Positions 49,012 through 62,439 of a stretch of DNA of 64,000 nt are shown here, piece after piece. This stretch comes from Eledone cirrhosa (taxonomy: Eukaryota): NCBI GenBank assembly GCA_964016885.1, contig OZ024743.1, positions 164,796,001 through 164,860,000 on the forward strand, given 5' to 3'. The position numbers and the translations under genes are program-made. The notes under the pieces were generated by a model, which made no database searches, was not told the DNA's origin, and was given only the letters and a program-made list of their open reading frames with translations. Every line of letters starts with the position of its first letter. Within the stretch, counting starts at the first letter, position 1.

Positions 49012-51282
49012 ATAATAATAATAATGGTTTCTTTATTGGCCACAAAGGCTAACATGAAGAAAAACATTACAGACGGCACAGAGCGGTACAGGGTGATACA
49101 AAGTGGGTTTTGGCTGTGTAAAAAGGTTATAACAAGAAGATAGAAATGTGTAAAAACAAATCAAAATAATTCAAACAACAAAAATTCCCCCAAAAGGGGG
49201 AAACCTCCAAGGGTCACTCGTGGTGAAAACCACACAAAAGACCATGGCCACCCTGACCACCAGGGCAAGCACCCTCTCTCTGTTCTCCCACTCCTCAGTC
49301 TACAGGCACATACTCAGAGCCAGACTCGTCACTTTCACCCACCTTTCAACAAAACTTATTTGAAGACAGCACTTGTCTCTCCACCCTGATTTTCCTCTTC
49401 AAGTGAAAGGGATTCAACCTTTCAAACTTGTCCACCATACAATCTTTTTCACCATGGCCACCAGGCAGATGAAAACTGCCTGCCGTTCCTCCTCTTTAAA
49501 GGAGGACGGCAGGGCTATCTGCACAATGGACTCAGTCGATAACCAGGTCCGTCCTACACGTGACAGCAAATGTTCCACATAGCTCCACAAGTCAGCAATG
49601 CTCGGACACTGAACGAATGCGTGCAGGACGGTTTCGTCGCCCTGTGCGCATCTCGGACAGGTTCGACTGACGGTACTTCCGTGCCTGTAGAGCTTATCTT
49701 GAACCGGAAATGCTCCCCGGTAGCATTGCCAGGTCAGGGATTTCTGGAAGTTGCCCCAGGCTGAAAGTTCTCTTGAAGAGAGCGAACAGCTGATCGTCTT
49801 CGACGCCCAGGGTCTCCCCGAGAACATCGTCACTCTTCCTCTCCACTACTCCTCTATAGAACGCTGAGATGGATGTTCCACCAATATTAGTGCCCAGCTG
49901 GTAGAAGGCTGTTAGCGCTTGGAGACATTCCAGCTTCCCTCGGTTTTTTCCTGATCCAGAACAGCAGCTCCGTTAATGAGACGAGCAGGGGAAAACACAT
50001 CTGGCAAATGGCGACCACACCTGTTCACCGTCAAGGAAGCATCAGAGATTTCGCAGCTTCAGTGTGTGTTTGTGCATCATCAGCCACAGCACGCCTAGTC
50101 CTCCACACAACGGGTGTTGACAGCAGGTGGCAAATGCGTTCATCTCATCCGTCATCTGCTACCGCCTAACCGTTGTGCCTTGCCCCGGTCCAACACTGAC
50201 AAAATTGGAGCGCCTTCTCTTCTGCTTTTAAATGGAAGAGACGTGCTCTCTTCCATTTAAAAGCAGAAGAGAAGGCGCTCCATTTTTGTCAGAGTTGGGC
50301 CGGGGCAAGGCACAACGGTTAGGCGGTAGCAGATGACGGATGAGATGAACGCATTTGCCACCTCTGCCCGACCTTTCAGGGACAGCTTCCTCTCGGCCCA
50401 TTTCTGGGTGAGAGAGGCCATCCTGCTCGTCACCTCGCTCCAGTTTTTCTCCATCTGGAGGTCTGGACCGAACCAGACCCCAAACAATTTAACTGGTCCT
50501 TCCATCCAGCGCCCCACAACGCTGTCGGACGGCATGGACATGCCTCTCTGGGTGCCGAGCTGCAAGCCCACCAACTTTTTCTGGTTTAACTTTGCTCCTG
50601 TCACTGCTTCATATTCCTTGAGAGCGGTGCCAAGTATCTGGACATGGCCAATTCTTGACATCACAACGGTGACGTCGTCGGCGTAAGCTGATACATATCT
50701 CCCACATCCCGGTTCGTGTGGCTTGCCTCTCATCACCTCCAATTTGTGCAGTAACGGCTCTAGGGTCAATACGTACAAGAGTGACGAGAGAGGACAACCA
50801 TCGCGGACCAAGCGCATGATGCTGAACAACTGTGGCAGATGACAATTCACCTTTGCAACTGAGCAGATGTCGCTGTGCATCGCAGCGATCCAACACCTGA
50901 AAATGGGCCCAAAACCGGCCGCCTCGAGGACCGCCGCCTGGTACCGATGGTCGACCCTATCAAATGCCTTATATTGATCCAAGTTAATCAGGACCCCACC
51001 CGTTCCAGGTTCCTTAACCACCCTCTCTATGATGTTTCGTATGCGGTGGATGGATCTGTCTGGAATGGCGCATGCATGTGCCTCTCCCACCAGATCACCG
51101 ATGACAAGCGCCTATCTCGTTGCTAACATCTTGGCCAACATCATGAAATTTGCATTTATCAGACTTATGGGCCTGAAGTTGTCTATAACGTCCTCCTTGT
51201 TCGGATCCTTTCTCAACAGCGCCACCGCTCCCCGGCTCACAAAACTGACAATGCTCCCGTTCTGCTGCCAGTTGCAGTAGAC
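49012..51282 (-). mobile_element. Tx1 LINE (G), 5'-truncated, RT to tail
   Basis: ORF 50257-51090 (LDQYKAFDRVDH, GCPLSSLLYVL, SAYADDVT), CPRCAQGDETVLHAFVQC, tail GCCTTTGTGGCCAATAAAGAAACC(ATT)n. Confidence 0.92.
50125..50363. repeat. Palindrome with 117-bp arms inside Tx1 G
   Basis: Arms 50125-50241 and 50247-50363, loop CGTGC, about 3 mismatches. Confidence 0.95.
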
Positions 51283-54200
51283 ATCTTTGTTTTATGGTTT
51301 GGCGCATAAGTAAGTTTTGTAAACCTGGAGCAACCAACCTAAAGTTGACCACGAGAAAAGCAAGGTTCAATTAAGTGCAAGCCAGTAGATTTCAAAGTCT
51401 CACCTTGAGGTTTATTAATAGAAATTTCGAAGCAAAGTCACACTGGGAATTGTGTTCGTTTGAACTCAAATGGCATGTCCGTTGGTTTGAATGGAATTCT
51501 TGGAATGAAAATATCTTCCCCAGAGGCACATCCAGTGATGATGGTAGCTTCTATCACATTAGGTGATAATGTCTTCACAATCAACCTTGTTCCATAATTT
51601 AGGAGGATATAAATTTCTTAGAAGCATTATTGGGACTCCTACTTTCAGAAAAAGTTTATGTGGAGGGGTTCCAGGTGGCTCAAGAAAGTTAAGAAACTCT
51701 GTTGGCTAGTGGAAAGCTTGATTTTCATCATGGACTGAATCAACTGATTTGTACTCCATAATATCTGTTGGAATCTTATTCATTAGCTTGTGGTTAATCA
51801 TTGATACTGTCTCATTTTTTTAAAGCAAGAATTACTCTTTCACACAACCATTTATGTGAATTATAATTATTACTTAAGTCTGGAAATACCCTGTTCTTCA
51901 ATTCAGCTGGAGAATTCACCATGATAGCAATATTAGCCAAATTGATATCACCATTCCCATTAATTGGTACTTTCCCATTTCCTAATTGGAGAAGCCGGGT
52001 TGAAAACTGTTCTGTACATTGGTCCCAGTGTAATAAAGCTCGCATGTTGAAGGAGAATTTCTGTACTTTATTCCATAGGTGTGAAGACTTAGTGCATGCT
52101 TTTATTTCATCAGCTCTTGTTCCTTTCGGAATGACTGGTAATGTCTGTCTGAAGTCTCCGGATAAAACTAATGTAACTCCTTCCATAGATTTATGGTTGC
52201 TTCTTATGTCCTGTAAGGACATAAGAAGCAACAATAAATCCATGGGAGCTCTTATCAAGAGCTTCCACTACACCTCTATGTGACATGGTGCATTCATCCC
52301 AAATGATCAGGTGGCATTGGCGCAATACTTCTGCTGAACCTGAACCTTTGCTTATGTTACAAATTGGACTGTCATTTGTGATCAGGTTTAGAGGTAGTTT
52401 AAAAGCAGAATGAGCTGTTCGTCCTTCTGGGAGAAGGAGGACGATTTTCTTCTTCTTTAAAGGGTGTAGCCACCTTCTCCAGTTTGGGTTTCTTGTACAG
52501 AGGAACGTTGGTAGTTCTTGGTACACTTATTATCCCTCATGCATGGGGAAGATGGATTAATTGAACCACAGGGTCCATGAATCATCTGGGACTTGACAAT
52601 TTCGTGCAGCAAAGGATCTTGCTGTGGATCAGGCAGTTCAGATTTTCATGTAACCAAATCAAAATGTGGGCATGTGCCAATCCTCGTTTTTGCCATTCAA
52701 TTGTGTACATGTCACATTTGACTGGTCCAAAGACATCACCTTTTTTTTTTAGATCCATCAGCTTTATGACTTTAAGTCTGAACACCCTAGCTATAATATC
52801 ATGGCGATCTCTGGGTTCTTGATGATGATAAAGCTCACTCTTTATTTCATGCCATGTTGGGTTACACGTGAATGTAATGAAGAGGTCTGGACGACCATAG
52901 TGTCTGATATATGTTAGTGCATCTTGGGTACGTTCATGCATATACCGTGGACTTCCTGTGAAGCTTGATGAAAGAATGACACAAAGCTGTCCAATATTAT
53001 CAGCACCCAATGCTCCTTCATTACTGATTTCATCTCACAGGTGAATGTAATCTGATGCATGGGGGATCTGATGTGTTCTAATGTAAAGAAACCTTTCTCC
53101 CTCAATTTTTGCATACATATCAACTGCAAATTGCTGGAAGAGCTCACGTGAATGATGAAGAATATTGAAGTCTTGCTCTCTTAACATGAAAAAGTAAGCA
53201 TACAATTCCATGCAGCTTAATATTTTTTTCAGTGCAAAAGATCTGTTTTTTTTATACCAAAGTAATATCCATCTTGGTCAAATACACAGATTAATGAATA
53301 CTGGAGCGCATTATATGGTCGGTGGACTGTTGGTGCGCTATTCCATGAATAACAATATCTCTCCTCCCATACACCTCGCCAGTAATAATTGCTGCTACTT
53401 CATTTGAAGCGGGGTCATTGTATTGGCCTCTGTGTTCACCAACAGGTTTTTTTGTCTGCATCAATAACTATCTTGTACTCAGTGAGTGGCGCGGATTCCT
53501 ATGCATATTTGAAGCTTCTGATGTAGTTATTGTTTGCATGTAACATAATTTGCAGTTCAAAGATTAATTCTTCTTTCAAATTTGGAAGGTTAAATGACCA
53601 TTGCAAAGCCTGTTTCTTCTAATTTGCCATAAAATATAGCTGTAAAAACCATAGATGTTTGCCTTCAGTTGGTAACAACGATCCAATATGATGTTATACT
53701 TGACCTTGAACCGTAAAGGTTGACTTGAAATTCCCTTCTCTTATAATATTGCTACCAAAGGAGGTTATTTGGAAAGTGAAATTGTAACTTCTAATGTTTT
53801 TCAAGAAGTGTTTGCTCTTTGATGTGTTTCCCAAAAGCAACACCTTCAACGTGTAACAAACGTCGCTAAAACAACCGTTCCTCCACCACAACACATAGTG
53901 GTAGTTTCTCTTTCCCATTTCTTTCCTTTACAAAAATTGCACTTTTTTGACATTGCTCCAATATCAATCAATTTCTCTGTACAATAATCATGTCTTGATC
54001 AAGACGCTTATGTCTTTCCTCTGAGGATTGGCAAAGTCTTGCAGCAACTGTTTGCTCCTGGTTTTTTCTTTGACTAATCTCTCGTTGACCTATTGTCTCA
54101 TTGGCAACTCTGGCAGATTCTTTGTCTAGCATCCTTTAAACGTTTTTCTCTTTCCTTTCTTGACTCTTGGCTCCTGCGGATTCCATTCTGTTGACGTAAT

Positions 54201-54957
54201 TGTTCTAACCGTTTTTCTCTTGCCTCTTGTTACTCATTGGCCCTGTGTGCAGCAGCTCTCCTCCGGTCATTTTCATGTCTTTGCTGGGGTCTCTAGTGAC
54301 CTTGCTCTGGCTATCTGTTCTCGCCTTTGCTTCACTGTAGAATACTGATCATCTACATCTACCCCGTCTCCTCTTGTAGAGAGTGAGAACATTTTTCGCG
54401 GAAACTTTGAACATTAAAATGGGGAATAAATTAAAAAAAGAGTGAAAGTAACGTGAATATCTTCACAGGGGTGATTGAAATAAATGGCGATTCTGGAACG
54501 CCGCACGCACGCATGCAAACGCACATATGTACATGAACGCACACTCACACGCGTGCACGTACACAGACACACACTCACACTTTTTATTTTCTGTGGAACG
54601 CCGCACGCACACACATGTTAATAGTTATTGCTTTCCTTCCCCTCTTATTTCCACACACATTACACACACATCTATCTACACTGACATACACATACAGTAT
54701 CAAACACTGCGTCTCTCTCTCTCCCGCTATCCCTCTTTCATTGTGCCGGTTTTTTTCAACTTCTCCTCTGGAACATACATACAGTATCAAACATACAGCA
54801 TTATTCTCTCCCGCTATCCCCTATCCTTTAACTCCTATAGAAACTTGGTCTCTCTGTGTGTTTCTTTCTCTCTTCTCTCTGTCTTTTTCTCATTCTGTGT
54901 TTCTCTCTCTCACACATATTCTCCCTCACCCTCTCTAACAATTCCTCTCTTTTAGTC

Positions 54958-55023
<66 letters not shown>

Positions 55024-55649
55024 TCTCTTTCATTTTAACTCACTCATACACTCACACACTCACACTACTTACATTTCTCCCACTATCGAAAAACGTTGTG
55101 ACGAATGAGATGGGGGGGGGGGGGGGGTAGAAGTAAAGACCCATTTCCTCATTGGCATTATGCCCAAACATACAAATATACAGACATCTGCTAATATATA
55201 TATATATATATATAGATATGTCTCTAACATAAGTATGTTGACACACACACACACATGTCTCTAATTTAAGAATGCCGACACACACACGCGTGTGCACACA
55301 TACACACGCATGGAAACAGTCCCAACGATTTTGTGAAAGAGAGAGAGAAAGAGAAGTAACGTTAAGGAAGGGGAGAGTTAAGAACTGTGTAAAAAATAAA
55401 TAAATAAAAGTTAGTTATTGAACGCTGCTATCATTTTTTGTTTTCTTTCTTTCTCTCCCCCAAGCCCCTCATTCTCTTTCTTTGGTTCTCTTTTTCTCTC
55501 AGCTCCTCCCTTTCTTTCTTTCTCTTTCAGCCCCTCTTTCTTTTTCTCTCTCACTCTCTCTCTCTCATCCCGTCTCTCTTTTTCTCTACAGAATGGAGAA
55601 CAAAAAAGCAAAATGGATGATTACTTTCGATATTCATAATTAAATAAGA
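51283..55649 (-). mobile_element. Helitron (Rep/PIF1 helicase) relic 1, internally deleted
   Basis: GSPRYMHERTQDA, GRPDLFITFTCNP, EWQKRGLAHAHILIW, GRTAHSAFKLPL, IIWDECTM, GDFRQTLPV, PCFSRGQL; putative 5' end A|TCTTATTTAATTATG at 55649 (less certain). Confidence 0.88.
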
Positions 55650-55699
55650 TAAATCTAAGTCTAGTGAATATGTATATGTAATTTTGAGGGGTTCGGTCC

Positions 55700-56095
55700 A
55701 GAAGAGAGGGCCAGAATATCAAACTAGCTCACTCTGGACCTTCCCTGCGAAGATGCCTCTCCACAAGACAACCCCTCAACGAGGATAACGGATGCATTCT
55801 AGCCAATTGCCCTATCCACAACACCAATTGTTGCCTACGTACCTACGTAGTATACAGGCTAGAATGTAACAGGTGCAATCTATTGTACATAGGCAGCACT
55901 ATTCGACCGTTATGTCTCCGTATTAAAGACCATGTTAACACCAACTCTTCTTCCTTCCACAAACACATCATCAATGCAGAAACTGGGACAGCATAACCAC
56001 CACAGTCTTAGCTATCGAACGCGGTATAGGTACAAGCAATTGAAACCTAGGATCAATAATCGAATGGAAAGAAATGCACCATAATGGCTAATTTA
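55700..56095 (+). mobile_element. Penelope-like GIY-YIG endonuclease relic
   Basis: From about 55794: CILANCPIHNTNCCLRTYVVYRLECNRCNLLYIGSTIRPLCLRIKDH (not in ORF track). Confidence 0.8.
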
Positions 56096-56662
56096 AAAGC
56101 CTGTATTCCAACATCCCAGCAGCCAGTTTCATTTTTTTCTTTCAAATTAAATATATGTCCTCACTAGCAAACACACTTAGACTCACACACATACATATAT
56201 CGCACACATATTTTTCCTTTTTATTATATACATATTCACACACACCTTTCACTACATAAACTTATATTCACTCACACACATACAAACATCCCACTAAACA
56301 CACTTACATTCACGCACAGACATGCATATATCATACATTTCATAACACGCACGTTCGAAATTTTAACGTCTTTTCATTTCATTTAACTTAAATCTGCTCT
56401 CCAAACAATCCGATCGGTTTTTTAAGTCTCTCATAGGGTTACTCCCTTGATTATGGGTTTTTCAATATTTGGAACCATTAAATTTGCTATGGTAAGATTC
56501 TTTTGTTATCTTAGCGATTTAATTTTCTTTCTAATACATTGTTTGGTTTTCAAAATTATTTAAATTTCTGTTTTCAACATGCTTCAAGTAAGCTACAAAA
56601 CTCTGTTATATATATATAGAGAATAAGGAAAAGCGAAGTAGTTTCAGATGTTCAAGTCTTTT

Positions 56663-56775
56663 TAATAATAATTGTTTCTACTTTTGACACAAGGCCAGCA
56701 ATTTTCCCAGTGTATTACTGGTACTCTATTTTATCGACCCCGTAAGGATGAAAGGCAAAGTTAACCTCGGCGGGA
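56663..56775 (-). mobile_element. 5'-truncated SINE (copy 10)
   Basis: Core plus tail. Confidence 0.88.
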
Positions 56776-56822
56776 TATAATGCTGTGATATATATTTCAA
56801 TGACGACACTGGCCACACTGTT

Positions 56823-56894
<72 letters not shown>

Positions 56895-57080
56895 TGCAGT
56901 CATTTCTAGCAAGACAGGTTACCACAACAAAGCGCTTTGCATCGTGTACGACAGATAGGTACACTGACAGATAGATAAAGGGCCAACCACAGTCACTCGA
57001 ACAGATGTACACACACATTATGTAATTGACTGCAACGTTATAGTTCTCTATCTATCTAATCTCTTTCGATAATTGTCTCA

Positions 57081-57082
<2 letters not shown>

Positions 57083-57157
<75 letters not shown>

Positions 57158-57220
57158 GTTGGCTTTGTTTGCTACGTTACTACGACATCGCCGCTTCCCC
57201 TATATATATTATAACCCCCC

Positions 57221-57271
<51 letters not shown>

Positions 57272-57331
57272 GGCTTTGTTTGCTACGTTACTACGACATC
57301 GCCGCTTCCCCTATATATATTATAACCCCCC

Positions 57332-57405
<74 letters not shown>
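57083..57405. repeat. (CT)n arrays separated by two identical spacers of about 68 bp
   Basis: TTGTTGGCTTTGTTTGCTACG...CCCCCCACCTT at about 57156 and 57267. Confidence 0.9.
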
Positions 57406-57407
<2 letters not shown>

Positions 57408-58156
57408 TTTATATATATATATATAAAAATAAATGTTAAAATTATGAAATGAATTATAACAAAAAAAAATGTCTTTGACCCTCAAATATAAATAATGCAA
57501 ATAACAATTCAAATAATAAAAAAAAAAAATTAATTCAACAATAAACTTGCTAATTATATTAATAGACAAATCCAGTTGATTCTCCTTTGCAAAATGCTTT
57601 CTGTCAAGAATATGGAAAATAATTCAAGAAGTTGAAATCGATTATTGTGATTGCTAAAAGAATGAAAAAAAATTGAAAAAATAAAACTCAATGCTGAAAT
57701 TATCAAATGAATTATTGAATTATAATTTTTTTTAAATCATTGTTGCTCAAATATAAATAAAGTAAATAACAATTTAAATGAAAAAAATATATTAAGAATA
57801 TATTAATTCAACAGTAATCTCGCTTCAGAATATTATATTCAACATCATACAACACATAATATTGATAAAATTTCATCATTGGCGAGTATAATGTTTTATT
57901 TTAAATCGTCCAGTTAATTATTTTTCAATTTTGGTTTTACTTTTTATTTTTGTCTTTTAAATCTAAAGAACTTCATCATAAATAATGTTTTAAACTTTTT
58001 CATCTTTTGTGTAATGATAAAGATTATTAGGGTCTCCCAATCTTGAAAGTGATACATATAGTTGTCCATGAGAAAATACTTCATTTTTAAGATTGATACC
58101 AACTTTTTTAAATGTTTGACCTCGTGATTTATTTATTGTCATAACAAAAGAATCCT

Positions 58157-58426
58157 TCGGGGAAACGCATTCTCCATTCTGTCTACCAAGGTGTGGGGAG
58201 GCCAGCACGTTGGACTCCATTTGCTCACCATTCGGAGAGATGAGGAGGGCAAGAGAGATGCAGGCGATGACAGTGGGAGCTCGGTTCTTCCACGTTCGGA
58301 CCATATCCTTGTGGTTGTGTTCACCAAGCCCTAGTGCAGTAATGGGATTGTATAACAAAAGTTGTATTCAACAAGGGAACTATTTTGTATTTATATTTTA
58401 ACGACTGTAATTTATATATTTATTAT
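58157..58426 (+). mobile_element. CRE-like LINE extreme 3' end inserted in the Helitron helicase
   Basis: Begins (I)[11 protein letters not shown]; flanked by AATCCT at 58151-58156 and 58427-58432; removal rejoins RLQF(P)[12 protein letters not shown]. Confidence 0.7.
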
Positions 58427-58900
58427 AATCCTGCACTGAAATTGTAATCTTGTAAACCTCACTGACTCCTCTGCAAGTAATTTAATTCTTGGTAATAATA
58501 CTAATTCATGTTTGTACTTTCCATTTAGTATGTTTGCTCCAATTACATTATTTGTAAGGGATTCCACTATTAACCTCGTTCCGTTGCATAACTTTGGAGT
58601 TTGTAAATTTCTCAAAAGAATAATTGGAGCTCCTTTCTTCAAATTCAATTCATGTGGTGGAAATCCCGATAATTCTACTGCTTCATTTATATCCACTACT
58701 TGATCTATAGAATTCTATGTTCTTAATCTATGTTCTTCTACTTTGTTAAGTAATCGCATATTAATAACATCAACATTATCATTTTCAGGAGCTAAAATTA
58801 TTCTGACTATCATCCATTCTGTATTAGTGTAATTAATTGCAACTTTCTCAAAAATAAAAGTTTCTAAATCAATTTCATTCTCAACTCTATTTCCCACGGG

Positions 58901-59030
58901 TAATAATTGTTTCTACTTTTGGCACAAGGCCAGCAATTACCCAGTACATTACTGGTACTTTATTTTATCGACCCCATAAGGATGAAAGGCAAAGTTACCC
59001 TCGATGGGATTTGAATTCAGACCGTAAAGG
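58901..59030 (-). mobile_element. 5'-truncated SINE (copy 11) in Helitron 2
   Basis: B box, core, tail. Confidence 0.88.
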
Positions 59031-61958
59031 TCTGTATTATTACACTGGTAATATTATGTGATTGTCATCACTTAGGATCTTTTTTTTTTCCTATTTCTAA
59101 TAAGTTTATTTGCCAAGTTCTGTAAGTCATTATTTCTTAAGATTTACACTCTCATATTAATTCTTAATAGCAATTTTTGGAATAATGACCATAAATAGGA
59201 TGCCTTGATAGATGCATCTATTTCATCAGCTTTTGTACCTCTTGATACTACTGGGAGTATTTGTCTAAAATCACCAGCTAGTAAAACAGTAATACTACCA
59301 AAAGGTAAATTATTCTTTTTAATCTCTTTCAATGTTTTATCAACAGCCTCTAAAATCTTTTTGTGGGACATTGTAACTTCATCTCATACTAATAAATTAC
59401 AGTTTTCTAAAGTTATCCAAATTCGACTACTTTTTCTAACTGATGTGAATTCATCAAGTATTGATGATGAAAACGGTAATTTGTATGTACTATTTTTCCA
59501 TTATCTATTAAAGTTGTTGCTATTCCTGAAGAAGCAACTGCTATACTAATATAAACATTCATTTTATTATTTACTAATAATAGATTGATCAAACATATGT
59601 TTCCAGTTTCACGTGGGTTGGTTATTGTGTCATTGATTGTAGTGTAAATAAGTCTTTGTTCTTTATTCAACAATGATTCATTCACATCTACAAAGTTTCT
59701 TATTTCTACGTGTTCATTTACTCTTTCAATATTGTTTCCTTCTAGTTCTTCATAAGTTGGTTCAGATTGTCCTATTTCATACAAAAGCGTTTTAAGTTTG
59801 TGTAAAATTTCATTGAATAATATTTCTTCATCATTTGTCTTTTTTTCTTGATTGTTTGTCAATCGATTTAGAATATTAACTGACATTAGTTGTTTAAATT
59901 CTTCATATAATGCTACAGGTTCAGAAGGATTGCAATGAATTAGAATTATTGCAAATAAGCATCTCACCTGGTATGGCAGTCTGGTAGAAACAATTTCTCT
60001 AAATGCTAGTTTTAGATGATTGTCATCTTCTAACAATCCCCGTGCCAAACATGATTTTCTAAATCCATTATAGACAATACCCTCGTGTGTTTTTACGTCT
60101 CTGAAAGATTTTGGACCTCTAACTACGTTCAGCAATAATCTGAGACAATAGCATTCTGTTTGATTAGGTGGTACAGTGTAAATTCTAGAACATGTTTGCA
60201 CAAATCTACCATTCAATCTTCTTTTCCATATTTTATTGGAAGTAAGGGAATAATGAGATGGAATGTCCTTAAATAAGAAACTCCTTGCATATTCGTCGGT
60301 TTCGTTCAATTTGAAGAATGAAATTAAAGTCTTATTTTGGGGATTTCTAATTCTACTTTGGCCATTTTCTAAATGTATATCCAATTGTTGAACAGCTGTT
60401 GAACATGTGAATATTAAATTGAAGGATTTTCTATGCAGTCTCATTACTATTGAGATAACGTCCTATTACATACTTTGTTATATTGGTCATTATTCCGTAT
60501 TCTTCGAACAGCAGCATCGCTACCTTTATTAAAGTACTTAATTATATATACTATAGCTTGAAGAGAGGAGCAAAGTTCTACATTGATGTAACCTTTAAAT
60601 GTTTTCAAAAGTAATGGATTATAAGGTACAATCCACCTATTGTCAATTGTTTATGTTTTTGAGTTTCTTGTTATTGTTGCTGTTCTTCCTCCATCTTCTG
60701 TTTTTCTCCCTCTATGTAAGGGATATCCTGTGATATCTGTCTTGATTTCATTAATGACATATTTTGGGTAATTCTTTTCACAGTTTCCATTATTCATACT
60801 TGGACATTGTGGAGTTAATAAACCACATGGACCATGGACCATTTGTGTAGTAACAATATAAAGATCAGGATCATTAATTGAATCAGGAATTTTTGCTGAG
60901 ATTAATATATCTAATTAATTAGGATATATAGTTTGCTATAACTAAAGTAAGATATGAACATGTGGTACACCTCTTTTCTGCCATTCTACTGTATATATGT
61001 AGGCCTTTGTTTTGCCAAATATTTCCAATATCAACCAATGCTTACAACATTTTGTTTAACTTTTGTTTGAAAACTCTTGCAATTATGTCGTGCCTTTCTT
61101 TGGGTTTTTGGCCTTTGTATAGGTTCTCCATGAGTTCATTCCATTTAAGATTGCAAGGGAATGTTATAAATAGATCAGGCCTACCGTATTCTCTCACATA
61201 ACACATTGCATTTTGAGTTCCTTCCTTCCAATATCTTGGACTTCCAACAAAAGTAGAAGGTAAAATTACCGCCCTACCTAATTCTTGTGCATTGAGTACT
61301 CCTTCATTATTTAGAGAATCTTTTAAAAGCGAATACTCTTCGACCCTTAGCTTGGTTTGGTCCTGTTTAATGTACAATAACCGTTCAAACTCAATTTTGG
61401 CATAGATATCAACTAAGTACATTTGGAACAATCGTTTACAGCTTACAATTTGATTCCAAGTATTTCTTAGTTGTAAATGGCATGCACAATATTGCCTGGA
61501 TGTAACTTTCTTATTTGGGACTGTTTGATTTGTATTTGGGTTGTATAAATGTAAATCCAAGGAATAGCCATCATTTCCTCTCCAATGAATCAAAGGATAT
61601 TGTAATGGATCATAGGATCTATATAATTCATTGATTTTCTTTACAGTATTATCTTTTACAGTATTACAGTATTATCTACTATTAAGTAAAAATGATGTTT
61701 CTTCGTGGAAATTCAGTTCCAACCATTACTAATCCCATATTGTTAGATATTCGGTTATTGTACCTTCGTGTATACTCACCAGCTGGTACTCTATCTGCAC
61801 AAATTGATAATTGAAGATTTGGACTGTTAACAAAAGATGTCATATTTTTAATTTGACTGATTAGCTCACTATTCTCCAAAAGCATCTCTTGGATGTCTCT
61901 TATAGTGTGCAAGTGTGTTTCAGGAAACCTACTATAGTATTATTTTGTTCATTTAAAT

Positions 61959-62277
61959 CCAGGGCATGCAACAGGCGGCCTGCGGGCCATAATCCGGCCT
62001 GCCAGACCAGCCACAGTCGCCTGCGATGACCGTTTTTAATTTTTACCTTGTAGACTTATTTAGAATTTTTTTCGTAACTGTAATACAATTTTCTGTTAGT
62101 TGACCTTTACTAAAGGGCTTCACTGATAGGATTATGTGTGTTATAATTTCCCAGTTCCATGTTATGGAAAGAAGTTGTGGTGAATCTTTGGAATAGTGCT
62201 TAATAAATATTAATGGCCCTAATAGTTGTTCCAATGTTCAAAAGTGGCCCGCCAATGGAATATGTTGCACACCCCTG
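61959..62277. mobile_element. hAT (Charlie-like) MITE in Helitron 2
   Basis: Imperfect TIRs CAGGG..TGCAAC / GTTGCACACCCCTG, subterminal CGGCCTGCGGGCC, 8-bp flanks ATTTAAAT / ATTTAAAC. Confidence 0.75.
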
Positions 62278-62439
62278 ATTTAAACCATCAATAAAATAAA
62301 CTTTAGCATATTTAGGAATATTATCAACTGCATTATACAATGAATTTATTCTGTGATAAAATTGACCTTGTATTTTGAAAACTGGCATGAATCCTGGTAG
62401 AGATATTGATTCACCGACTCAAATGAGTGTCATTCGTTA

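Noticed and set aside
57990-58358. Apparent novel N-terminus or captured gene on the Helitron helicase ORF
   Set aside because: It is the antisense of the CRE-like insertion bounded by AATCCT.
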